Below the pieces are notes generated by a model, which was not told the DNA's origin, ran no database searches, and worked only from the letters and a program-made list of their open reading frames with translations. Below, in pieces: positions 56,564-64,000 of a DNA stretch of 64,000 nucleotides (position 1 is its first letter; the number at the start of each line of letters is the position of its first letter). This stretch comes from Candidatus Parcubacteria bacterium. Its GTDB lineage: Bacteria > Patescibacteriota > Saccharimonadia > Saccharimonadales > 2-12-FULL-41-12. The stretch spans positions 8,565 through 72,564 of the forward strand of contig JAHWKM010000002.1 in assembly GCA_019347895.1 (NCBI GenBank), given 5' to 3'. The position numbers and the translations under genes were made by a program.

Positions 56564-58096
56564 ATGGTAGAACCGGGATATTTAGAAAAAGCCCTCAAAT
56601 CAATCCGGACTTATATACTAAGTTGGTTTCTCGTTAGCGGATTGTTTTTGGTGGGCGTTTACTTTATTTTGCAATATTTCTTTGTACTTCAGCCATTGGC
56701 CGTAGCCGGAATTCTGGCAGCAGTATGGATTGTGCCGGGAGCTACAATCGGAGCTATCGTGGCTAAGGAAGTGAGCCGGCCCCTGGAAGCGCTGTCGCAG
56801 GCGATTTTGCACGTATCGCCGTCGCCAATTCCTATACCGGCACCCGACTTCGAAAAACTAACTTTGGCTAAAGAGCTAATCGAGACCTTGAGTCGGCAAG
56901 TTTATGATTACGCCTCTAAAAGCGGCGGGCTGGAACCAGCCAGCCGAAGCGCTGCCGAAATAAACATTCAGCAATTGCCTGTAGGCGTCCTCGGTGTAGA
57001 TACAGATGGGAATATTATCTTCGCCAATCAAAAGGCCCGGGAATACGCCAATGCGTCGATCGAAATAATAGGTAAGAATCTATACAGTTTGTTTGATATC
57101 TTATTCCGCGGCCAGACTCTGCAGGATTGGTTAAGAGAGTGCGAGAATAACGCCGTGACTGCCCAAAAAGTCTGGCGGGGCATAAGATTTAACCCTTACG
57201 GCGAGCATATACAATATTTTGACATGGCCGTGCATTTCAGCAAGTCATCCGTCGCGGGCCAAAGCCAAGCTATTATCGCGCTATTTGACCAAAACGAGGT
57301 TTATGGAGCCGAGGAAAAAGGCCTGAGCTTTATAGCGCTGGCCGTTCATGAGCTGCGAACGCCGCTGACCATACTTCGGGGCTATATAGAAGTGTTTGAA
57401 GATGAAGTCAAGGACGGTTCACTTAGGCCAGAGTTAGCGGAGGACGTTAAAAAAATGCAAGTGTCATCCGAGAATTTAACGGCTTTTGTTAACAATATTT
57501 TGAACGTTGCCAAAATAGAAGAAAACCAGCTGACCTTAAAGCTTCATCAAGAAAATTGGCCGGAAACATTAAGTAAAATTATTGAAAATTTACGCTTGCG
57601 GGGCGAAGTCCACGGCAAAAAAATCGAACTGAATGTCGAGGCGAATTTGCCGCCCGTCGGTGTTGATACCATAAGTATAGCTGAAGTTATAACCAACCTG
57701 GTAGACAACGCCATAAAGTACAGCCCGCCGGACAAGACGCTTATAAAGGTCAGCAGCCATTTAACGAAGGACGGCTTAGTAGAAACCGTGGTGCAAGATT
57801 TTGGCGTCGGTGTTCCAACCCAAGTCATGCCGCACCTGTTTGAGAAATTCTCGCGCAACTACCGCAACAAAAACAATATTATCGGCAGCGGTTTGGGCCT
57901 CTATCTTAGCAAAGCGCTGGTCAATGCCCACGGCGGCAACATCTGGGTACGATCACAGGAGGGCCAGGGTAGCGAGTTCGGTTTCACGATTATACCTTTT
58001 GCTCAGTTAAGCGAAGAAGAAAAGAACGGCGTCAACAAGGAAATAACCCGCAGCGCCCATGGCTGGATTAAAAACCACAGTTTATCAAGGAGATAG
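56564..58096 (+). CDS. Sensor histidine kinase (TM, PAS, HisKA, HATPase)
   Basis: VHELRTPLT, NLVDNAIKYS, DFGVG, GSGLGL. Confidence 0.95.
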   Translation: MVEPGYLEKALKSIRTYILSWFLVSGLFLVGVYFILQYFFVLQPLAVAGILAAVWIVPGATIGAIVAKEVSRPLEALSQAILHVSPSPIPIPAPDFEKLTLAKELIETLSRQVYDYASKSGGLEPASRSAAEINIQQLPVGVLGVDTDGNIIFANQKAREYANASIEIIGKNLYSLFDILFRGQTLQDWLRECENNAVTAQKVWRGIRFNPYGEHIQYFDMAVHFSKSSVAGQSQAIIALFDQNEVYGAEEKGLSFIALAVHELRTPLTILRGYIEVFEDEVKDGSLRPELAEDVKKMQVSSENLTAFVNNILNVAKIEENQLTLKLHQENWPETLSKIIENLRLRGEVHGKKIELNVEANLPPVGVDTISIAEVITNLVDNAIKYSPPDKTLIKVSSHLTKDGLVETVVQDFGVGVPTQVMPHLFEKFSRNYRNKNNIIGSGLGLYLSKALVNAHGGNIWVRSQEGQGSEFGFTIIPFAQLSEEEKNGVNKEITRSAHGWIKNHSLSRR

Positions 58097-58098
58097 AG

Positions 58099-58190
58099 TA
58101 GAATGGATATTATGGTTACAAGCTACGCCAAGAACTCATTGCAAGGTCTGGCTTTGCCCGGCTTGGAAAGGCGTGGCGCGTAGTTTGTAA
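58099..58190 (+). promoter_or_regulatory. Short family-L leader with 23-aa uORF (58112-58183)
   Basis: TAGAAT-7nt-ATG; stem ttacaagctacgc/gcgtagtttgtaa; peptide ends LERRGA*. Confidence 0.7.
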
Positions 58191-58579
58191 TGACGCAAAT
58201 ATCTGCTGATCCTATCAAAGTTTTATGCGTCGAAGACGAACAGTTTATCAGCGAGCTTTATAAGCGCGCCCTGGAGCGCGAAGGCTACCAAACCACTATA
58301 ATCAGCGACGGGATTGAGGGCTTAGAGCAGGCTAAAACAAACCGCTATGACGTAATTCTGCTCGATATTATGGTGCCGGGACTTTTAGGAGTAGATGTCC
58401 TCGACAAACTCAGAAAAGAGGCGCCGAATTTAAAAGCCAAGATTATTATTACCACTAACCTGGAACAGGACGACAAAGCCCGCCAAGCCATAGAATCCCT
58501 AGCCGACGCCTACCTTATCAAGGCCGAGATCACCCCCAGGCAACTAGTAGAATTCCTAGACCACCTAGACCTGAAATAA
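58190..58579 (+). CDS. Single-domain response regulator (REC)
   Basis: VEDE, LLDIMVP, TN, YLIK. Confidence 0.93.
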   Translation: MTQISADPIKVLCVEDEQFISELYKRALEREGYQTTIISDGIEGLEQAKTNRYDVILLDIMVPGLLGVDVLDKLRKEAPNLKAKIIITTNLEQDDKARQAIESLADAYLIKAEITPRQLVEFLDHLDLK

Positions 58580-58840
58580 CTAATAAATTCTTCTGATGAA
58601 GAACCAAGCTATCAAATATTAGAATTCGAAATGTCTTTTTCTTAAGGTAAAATCAATTATAATAAAAGTAGTCAGCATACACACTATGGCAAAAGCCAAA
58701 AGCGTCCCTGCCAGACTTATCTAAACAACATTTAGTTTCCTGTCATGGAAAAGCAGACTGAACGGCTGCGAAAACCTATCAGGCAACTACTAAACCAAAT
58801 TCCGTTCTTGTAAGTAAACCCTAATTGGAGTTGTTTAGAT

Positions 58841-59116
58841 ATGAGTTTTGTCGAAATTGATCAACGAGTAGAAGTAGTAACCATCTTTAAATCCCAGGGC
58901 GACCCGGCTACCTTGATATTTCCTTTCAAAATGCGCTGGGGCAAAAAAGAAATCACATTTTCGGAGCTGGGCCTGCGCCATCCGACCGCCAAAGGACAGC
59001 GCATGGTCCATGTGTTCGATATGAGCGATGGGATAAATGATTATCGCCTGGAATTCGACGCGGAAATGCTCACCTGGACCCTCACGGCGATTTTATCTGG
59101 AGATGCAAAATTGTGA
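58841..59116 (+). CDS. Small conserved protein co-transcribed with Y-family polymerase
   Basis: SD ggag; GTGA overlap with the polymerase. Confidence 0.75.
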   Translation: MSFVEIDQRVEVVTIFKSQGDPATLIFPFKMRWGKKEITFSELGLRHPTAKGQRMVHVFDMSDGINDYRLEFDAEMLTWTLTAILSGDAKL

Positions 59117-60450
59117 AACACTATCATTTTCCTCACGATCGTGAAAAAAGTGATAGTAAACTTGGCAATAGTTTAGCGGAGCAAGCAAGGTGGGGAGAAT
59201 TGCCGCTCAACAAAGAAGAGCCATTAATTATGCACATTGATTTGAATTCGGCCTTTGCCACTATTGAGCAGCAAGCCAGGCCGAGTTTACGGGGAAAGCC
59301 TATCGGTGTAACTAATCGAATTTCCAAAAACTGCTGTGTGATCGCCGCGTCATATGAAGCTAAAGCACTAGGAATAAAAGTCGGCATGGGCCTAATGGAA
59401 GCTCGCTTAATCGCGCCGGATTTGATTATGCTGGAGTCTGACCCTCCTAAATACCATTTTGTTTATCAAAAGCTTTGCTCGATTATGAAAAGCTATTCGC
59501 CGGACGTAAAGATGAAAAGCATCGATGAAGGGGTGATTGATTTTCATGGCACGCGCACAAATATCAATAAGCACCCATTGGAAGACATTGGCATGGAAAT
59601 TAAGCAACGGTTGAAATGCGAAGTAGGCAAGTGGATGAAAATAAACATCGGTATCGGCCCCAATAGATTTTTAGCTAAAACCGCCGCCAGCTTGCACAAG
59701 CCGGACGGGCTGGATCAGATCGACCATAAAAACCTGAAAGAAATTTATAGCTCGCTGAAGCTGACCGATCTGACAGGAATTGCCCGCCATTATGAGGCCC
59801 GATTGAATGCCGCCGGGATTTTCTCGCCGCTGGAATTTTTAAACGCCAGCTCGGATACCTTGCGACGTCAGGTTTTTCACAGCGTAGTCGGCGATGATTG
59901 GTATCAGCGGCTGCGCGGCTGGGAAGTAGACGGCCAAAAAACAAGGCTGGGGCAAGTCGGCCGGCAATTTGTGTTGGACCAGCGCACTAATGAGAATTCG
60001 GTAATTTTGCCGCGGTTTCATTACCTGTGTGAAACCGTCGGCCGGAAACTGCGCTATCAAAATGCAGACGCCCGCGGGATTTTAGTCTGGCTAGTGTTAG
60101 AGGGCGGGGAATACTGGCAGCAGCGCAAAATGTATAGAACCAGTTTTTATACCGATAGGGAAGTTTACGTCCGGGCATTGTACCTTTTTAACCAGCGGCC
60201 TAGGGCGAAAGTAACTACCATAGGTGTAACTTGCTACCAGATAACACCGACGCGCAGATCCCAAGCCAGTTTATTTGAGGAAAATAACAGACAAGAATGG
60301 CTAACCGAAGCCGTCGATGAAATCAACGAACGCTACGATCTTTTTATGATCCACTCGCTAAATTCACTAGCAGGCAAGCGTATAGTCCGGCAAAAAATCC
60401 CCGCCTTCGGCGGCAGCAGCTACTTCGACCTTCTTCTCAAACGCGCCTAA
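59113..60450 (+). CDS. dinB: Y-family DNA polymerase (DinB/UmuC-like)
   Basis: HIDLNSAFATIEQ, IAASYEAK, SIDE, LAKTA..KPDG. Confidence 0.92.
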   Translation: MKHYHFPHDREKSDSKLGNSLAEQARWGELPLNKEEPLIMHIDLNSAFATIEQQARPSLRGKPIGVTNRISKNCCVIAASYEAKALGIKVGMGLMEARLIAPDLIMLESDPPKYHFVYQKLCSIMKSYSPDVKMKSIDEGVIDFHGTRTNINKHPLEDIGMEIKQRLKCEVGKWMKINIGIGPNRFLAKTAASLHKPDGLDQIDHKNLKEIYSSLKLTDLTGIARHYEARLNAAGIFSPLEFLNASSDTLRRQVFHSVVGDDWYQRLRGWEVDGQKTRLGQVGRQFVLDQRTNENSVILPRFHYLCETVGRKLRYQNADARGILVWLVLEGGEYWQQRKMYRTSFYTDREVYVRALYLFNQRPRAKVTTIGVTCYQITPTRRSQASLFEENNRQEWLTEAVDEINERYDLFMIHSLNSLAGKRIVRQKIPAFGGSSYFDLLLKRA

Positions 60451-60770
60451 TAATCCAGTTTAACGCCAGTTTTTTGAGCAATCTTTTGAATCCAATCTTC
60501 CATACGATCAACCTTTCGGGCAAGCATCATATGCTCCTGCGTGATATCCAATAGTTGTTTGGCAAAAGAATCAAGAGTAGCTTGGGTTTCAAGATGAAGC
60601 CGTTTAACTTCGCCTATCTCTGATCGAACAGCCTTGAATTCTTCTTGTAAATATTTGAAAAGCTTTGTAAATTGATCTTCGCTCATGGCTTATTATTTTA
60701 GCATAGTCAGATAAAAATCCCCGCCTTCGGGGACAACAGCTACTTCGTCCTCCTCCTCAAACGCGCCTAA
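60382..60770 (+). repeat. Direct repeats of dinB 3' end (60382-60450 and 60703-60770) enclosing one small gene
   Basis: atagtc..aaaaatccccgccttcgg..cagctacttcg..ctcaaacgcgcctaa in both copies. Confidence 0.9.
60447..60686 (-). CDS. Small coiled-coil hypothetical protein
   Basis: 79 aa, heptad pattern, TAAAAT just upstream. Confidence 0.75.
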   Translation of the reverse strand: MSEDQFTKLFKYLQEEFKAVRSEIGEVKRLHLETQATLDSFAKQLLDITQEHMMLARKVDRMEDWIQKIAQKTGVKLDY

Positions 60771-60779
60771 AACAATGGT

Positions 60780-61088
60780 CTATTGATTAACAGGATTTAT
60801 AACTGTCTCAGTAGCAATAGCTAGCCTAGCTAGTTCTTCGGCGTCTTCAGCCTCTACCTGAATAAGTTCCCCGCCAGTTAAAACAGTATCCACGACTTCA
60901 TTAGCTAATATGTCCAAGACCCTTTGATCGTCACCTTCTTCTCTAAAATTTGGTTGAATTTGCCTATGAGCACCTCTCATCCAATCCTGAGCCTGAAAAG
61001 TCGGATATGTTTTAACTCTTTCAGCACCCAACTCTCCAGTAAGTCTATTTGCTGTACCAGCCTCAGCCGTAAAATAAAATGGTGGCAT
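60780..61088 (-). CDS. Hypothetical protein
   Basis: SD aggag; 102 aa. Confidence 0.65.
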   Translation of the reverse strand: MPPFYFTAEAGTANRLTGELGAERVKTYPTFQAQDWMRGAHRQIQPNFREEGDDQRVLDILANEVVDTVLTGGELIQVEAEDAEELARLAIATETVINPVNQ

Positions 61089-61142
61089 TAATTTCTCCTA
61101 TTAATAAAGCTATTTTAGTATAAAGTAAGAATTATACAATAT

Positions 61143-63176
61143 TTAAACAATCTTTTGGATTTTTTTGGCAATGTTTTCGGCGGTGAAGCCGAACTGCTGG
61201 TCTAGTTTTTGGTAGGGGGCGGAGAAACCGAAGTGTTCCAGGCTGTGGATTCTGTTGATATCACCGACTAGGCCTAGCAGGTTGACTGCCAGGCCGGCCG
61301 TTACACCGTAGCGGGGAACATCCTTGAGCAATATTGAATCTTGGTAAGCCTTTGGTTGCTGGCGGAAAAGTCCTTCGCTGGGAACGGAAACCAATCTTAT
61401 ATTCTTTTTTGGCAAAAGCTTAATAGCTTCCAAGGCCGTGCCGACTTCGCTGCCGTTGGCTACTACTATTAACTCTGGCCACTGGCCAGCGGATTTCTTT
61501 GGCTCATGCACAATATAGGCGCCTTTGGCCGCGTTTGAAGCCAGGGCAAAATCACTCACATCTGCAACATTTTGACGGGTCAAAATCAGACCGGTCGGCG
61601 TGTCAGTATTTTCAATCGCTAATTGCCAAGCGACAGTCGTCTCAGCGGCGTCAGCAGGCCGCAGGACTAGCATGCCAGGCTTACCGGAGTGGTTATGCAG
61701 TTTTTCCAGCAAACGAAGCTGGGCTTCCTGCTCGACTGGCTGATGAGTCGGTCCATCCTCGCCGACGCGGAAAGCGTCGTGCGTCCAGAGGAATTTAACC
61801 GGTGTTTGCATTAAAGCAGCCAAGCGCAAAGCCGGTTTCATGTAGTCTGAGAAGGCAAAAAACGTGCCGCAAACAGGTATCACACCGCCGTGCAAACTTA
61901 TGCCAACAGACAACGCTGCCATAGTGAACTCGCTGACGCCAACATGCAAAAACCCACCGGAAAAATCATCAGCGACTATCGGCTTGGACTTTTTCAAAAA
62001 TCCGTCAGTTTTGTCGCTGTTAGCCAGGTCAGCACTCATGACTATCATATTACCGACTTCCTCCGCAAAATGGCCTAAAACATGCGAGCTACTGGCCCGA
62101 GTGGCTTGGTCTGGCTTTTGCTCTTTGGCAATTTTTGCCCAGTCAAGTTTTGGCGGCTGGCCGGAAAGATAGTAATCCATTTTTTGGGCTAATTCTGGAT
62201 TTCTAGACCGCCATTCTGTCTCAGCGGCCTTGCGCTTTCTCACAGCTTGCCGCTTGTTCTCAGCAGCTGCTTCATATTCTTTTTGCACTGACTTTGGAAT
62301 AACAAACGGGTTTGCTACGTCGCCGCCCAAACTTTTAATTGTCTTTTCATAGGAACCGCCGGCGCCGGTTATCGGCTGGCCGTGCATACTGACTTGATGC
62401 TCAAAAGCTTTGCCGGATTCATCCAGAGCACCTTTGCCCATAGTAGTGTCACCGATTATTAGGGTGGGGCGCTTCTTTTCCGCCTTGGCTTTAGTTAAAG
62501 CCTCGCGGATTTGCTTTTGATCGTTGCCGTTAATAGTAATGACATTCCAATTCCAGGCCTGGTATTTTTTTGCCGTGTCTTCAGTAGTGGCGTCTTTAGT
62601 CATCGTGGAAAGCTGGACATGGTTACTGTCATAAAACATAACTAAGTTAGCAAGCCCCAGCCTGCCAGCGATCCGTCCGGCGCCTTGGCTAATCTCTTCC
62701 TGAATGCCGCCGTCACTGATAAAGCAATAAATTGTATGTTCAGTCCATGAAGCCGAATCGACTTGGCCAAATCGGGCCTGCAAAAACTTAGCGGCAATAG
62801 CCGCGCCAACACCAAAAACGTGGCCTTGTCCCAACGGGCCGGAAGTGTTTTCAATGCCGTGCTCTATGGAAAGTTCAGGGTGCCCTGGAGTTTTTGAGCC
62901 CCACTGCCGAAATTGCTCCAGTTCTTTTAAGGGCATGCGGCCAGTCAGGGCAAGAATGCTGTAGAGCATCGGCGACATGTGCCCGGCGTCCAGGAAAAAT
63001 CTATCCCGCCAAGGCCATTTTGGATCATCCGGATCCTCAATCATGAACTCGCTGTAGAGTACATGTATAAAATCCGCTGCGCCCATCGGACCGCCTGGAT
63101 GGCCGCTGCCAGCTTTTTCTACCATGGCGGCCGAAAGTATCCTTACAACATCAGCAGCTTCGGGCTCAGAGCCCAT
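61143..63176 (-). CDS. tkt: Transketolase
   Basis: SGHPGGPMG, RDRFFLDAGH, TPGHPE, GPLGQG, GEDGPTHQPVEQ. Confidence 0.97.
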   Translation of the reverse strand: MGSEPEAADVVRILSAAMVEKAGSGHPGGPMGAADFIHVLYSEFMIEDPDDPKWPWRDRFFLDAGHMSPMLYSILALTGRMPLKELEQFRQWGSKTPGHPELSIEHGIENTSGPLGQGHVFGVGAAIAAKFLQARFGQVDSASWTEHTIYCFISDGGIQEEISQGAGRIAGRLGLANLVMFYDSNHVQLSTMTKDATTEDTAKKYQAWNWNVITINGNDQKQIREALTKAKAEKKRPTLIIGDTTMGKGALDESGKAFEHQVSMHGQPITGAGGSYEKTIKSLGGDVANPFVIPKSVQKEYEAAAENKRQAVRKRKAAETEWRSRNPELAQKMDYYLSGQPPKLDWAKIAKEQKPDQATRASSSHVLGHFAEEVGNMIVMSADLANSDKTDGFLKKSKPIVADDFSGGFLHVGVSEFTMAALSVGISLHGGVIPVCGTFFAFSDYMKPALRLAALMQTPVKFLWTHDAFRVGEDGPTHQPVEQEAQLRLLEKLHNHSGKPGMLVLRPADAAETTVAWQLAIENTDTPTGLILTRQNVADVSDFALASNAAKGAYIVHEPKKSAGQWPELIVVANGSEVGTALEAIKLLPKKNIRLVSVPSEGLFRQQPKAYQDSILLKDVPRYGVTAGLAVNLLGLVGDINRIHSLEHFGFSAPYQKLDQQFGFTAENIAKKIQKIV

Positions 63177-63224
63177 TTCAAGAGCCCTTTCTATATAGAA
63201 AGAGGTTTTTGAGATGGACTTTCA

Positions 63225-63881
63225 TCACTTTTGGCCGGCCTCATGATCCGCTAAGAAATTTCTCAATCCGATGTCTGTTAGCGGATGGTTGAACGCTTGC
63301 TCGATCACACTAAGCGGACAAGTAACTACATCGGCTCCGACCAAAGCACAATCCACAATATGCATGGGGTGGCGGATGCTGGCGGCCAAAATTTCGGTTT
63401 CAAAGTCGTAATTTTCAAAAATAACTACCAGTTCGCGAATCAGCTTCATGCCGTCGCTGGAAATGTCGTCAATCCGGCCAATAAACGGGCTGACGTAGCT
63501 CGCACCGGCTTTAGCAGCCAATAGTGCCTGCCCGGCGCTGAATACAAGCGTACAGTTAGTGCGAATACCTTCGTCGCTCAATGTTTTTATGGCTTTGACG
63601 CCCTCGGGAATCATAGGAACTTTGACCACAATTTTGGTATCAATTTCAGCCAGCTCGTGAGCTTCTTTCATTATTCCTTTATAGTCGGTAGAAATCACTT
63701 CGGCACTGACGTTATCTCCCACTATGTCGCAGATGGCCTTATAGTGCTTTAAGATGTTAGGTCGCCCTTTTATACCGACTTTGGCCATTAGGCTGGGATT
63801 GGTAGTTACGCCATCTAAAATACCGTAAGCTTCAGCTTTTTTAATCTCCTCAAGCTTCGCTGTATCAACAAAAAATTTCAT
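63225..63881 (-). CDS. tal: Transaldolase / fructose-6-phosphate aldolase family
   Basis: FFVDTA, GVTTNPSL, VVKVP, NCTLVFS, YVSPFIGR, LAASIR, HPLTDIGL. Confidence 0.95.
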   Translation of the reverse strand: MKFFVDTAKLEEIKKAEAYGILDGVTTNPSLMAKVGIKGRPNILKHYKAICDIVGDNVSAEVISTDYKGIMKEAHELAEIDTKIVVKVPMIPEGVKAIKTLSDEGIRTNCTLVFSAGQALLAAKAGASYVSPFIGRIDDISSDGMKLIRELVVIFENYDFETEILAASIRHPMHIVDCALVGADVVTCPLSVIEQAFNHPLTDIGLRNFLADHEAGQK

Positions 63882-64000
63882 CAGAACTTACGCACCGCGC
63901 CTTTCCAGACCAAAACCAGTTTGCTCTTGCAAGCCGCTCTTGGCACATAACGCAATTTTTGGCTGCGCTGCTCGTGCAACGTACCGCTTGTACGTTTTAC
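63882..64000 (-). promoter_or_regulatory. Family-L leader (partial, runs off window end) upstream of tal
   Basis: Open frame ...KTYKRYVARAAQPKIALCAKSGLQEQTGFGLERRGA*, stop 6 nt before ATG; DNA similar to the dapB leader. Confidence 0.7.

Noticed and set aside
58686..58813. SOS box or leader upstream of the dinB operon
   Set aside because: No recognisable LexA palindrome; only short broken frames without control codons or a terminator.

Overview
The window looks like chromosome from a Patescibacteria/CPR organism, most likely Saccharibacteria. This is inferred from two sortases, an LPXTG protein, lamin-tail, PEGA, DUF3048 and DUF4367 proteins, a PaaX/Cas2-like regulator and frequent leaderless starts; the genetic code is standard. 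It is unusually rich in biosynthetic and central-metabolism genes: dapB/dapA, thrC, metC/metB-like with a SAM riboswitch, ilvA, DAHP synthase, serC, guaA-purA-pyrF, two archaeal-type purP, fda/fbp, tkt/tal and a fused otsAB. Several of these are truncated or frameshifted. The most striking content is non-coding. (1) Structured 5' leaders in which a leaderless uORF runs through a palindromic element and stops at the next start codon (dapB, guaA, purP, response regulator, tal). (2) A two-module (A/B) structured repeat with compensatory stem changes, found both empty and enclosing defence-type cargo. (3) Four leader-peptide attenuators, two of which control orphan genes. (4) Two islets bounded by duplicated gene 3' ends. 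(5) Degenerate tRNA copies with hairpin insertions next to, or around, intact tRNAs. (6) A RAYT transposase with REP hairpins, and a candidate operator palindrome for the PaaX-like protein. No CRISPR array, rRNA or integrase was seen. All calls come from reading the sequence; no searches or folding computations were run.
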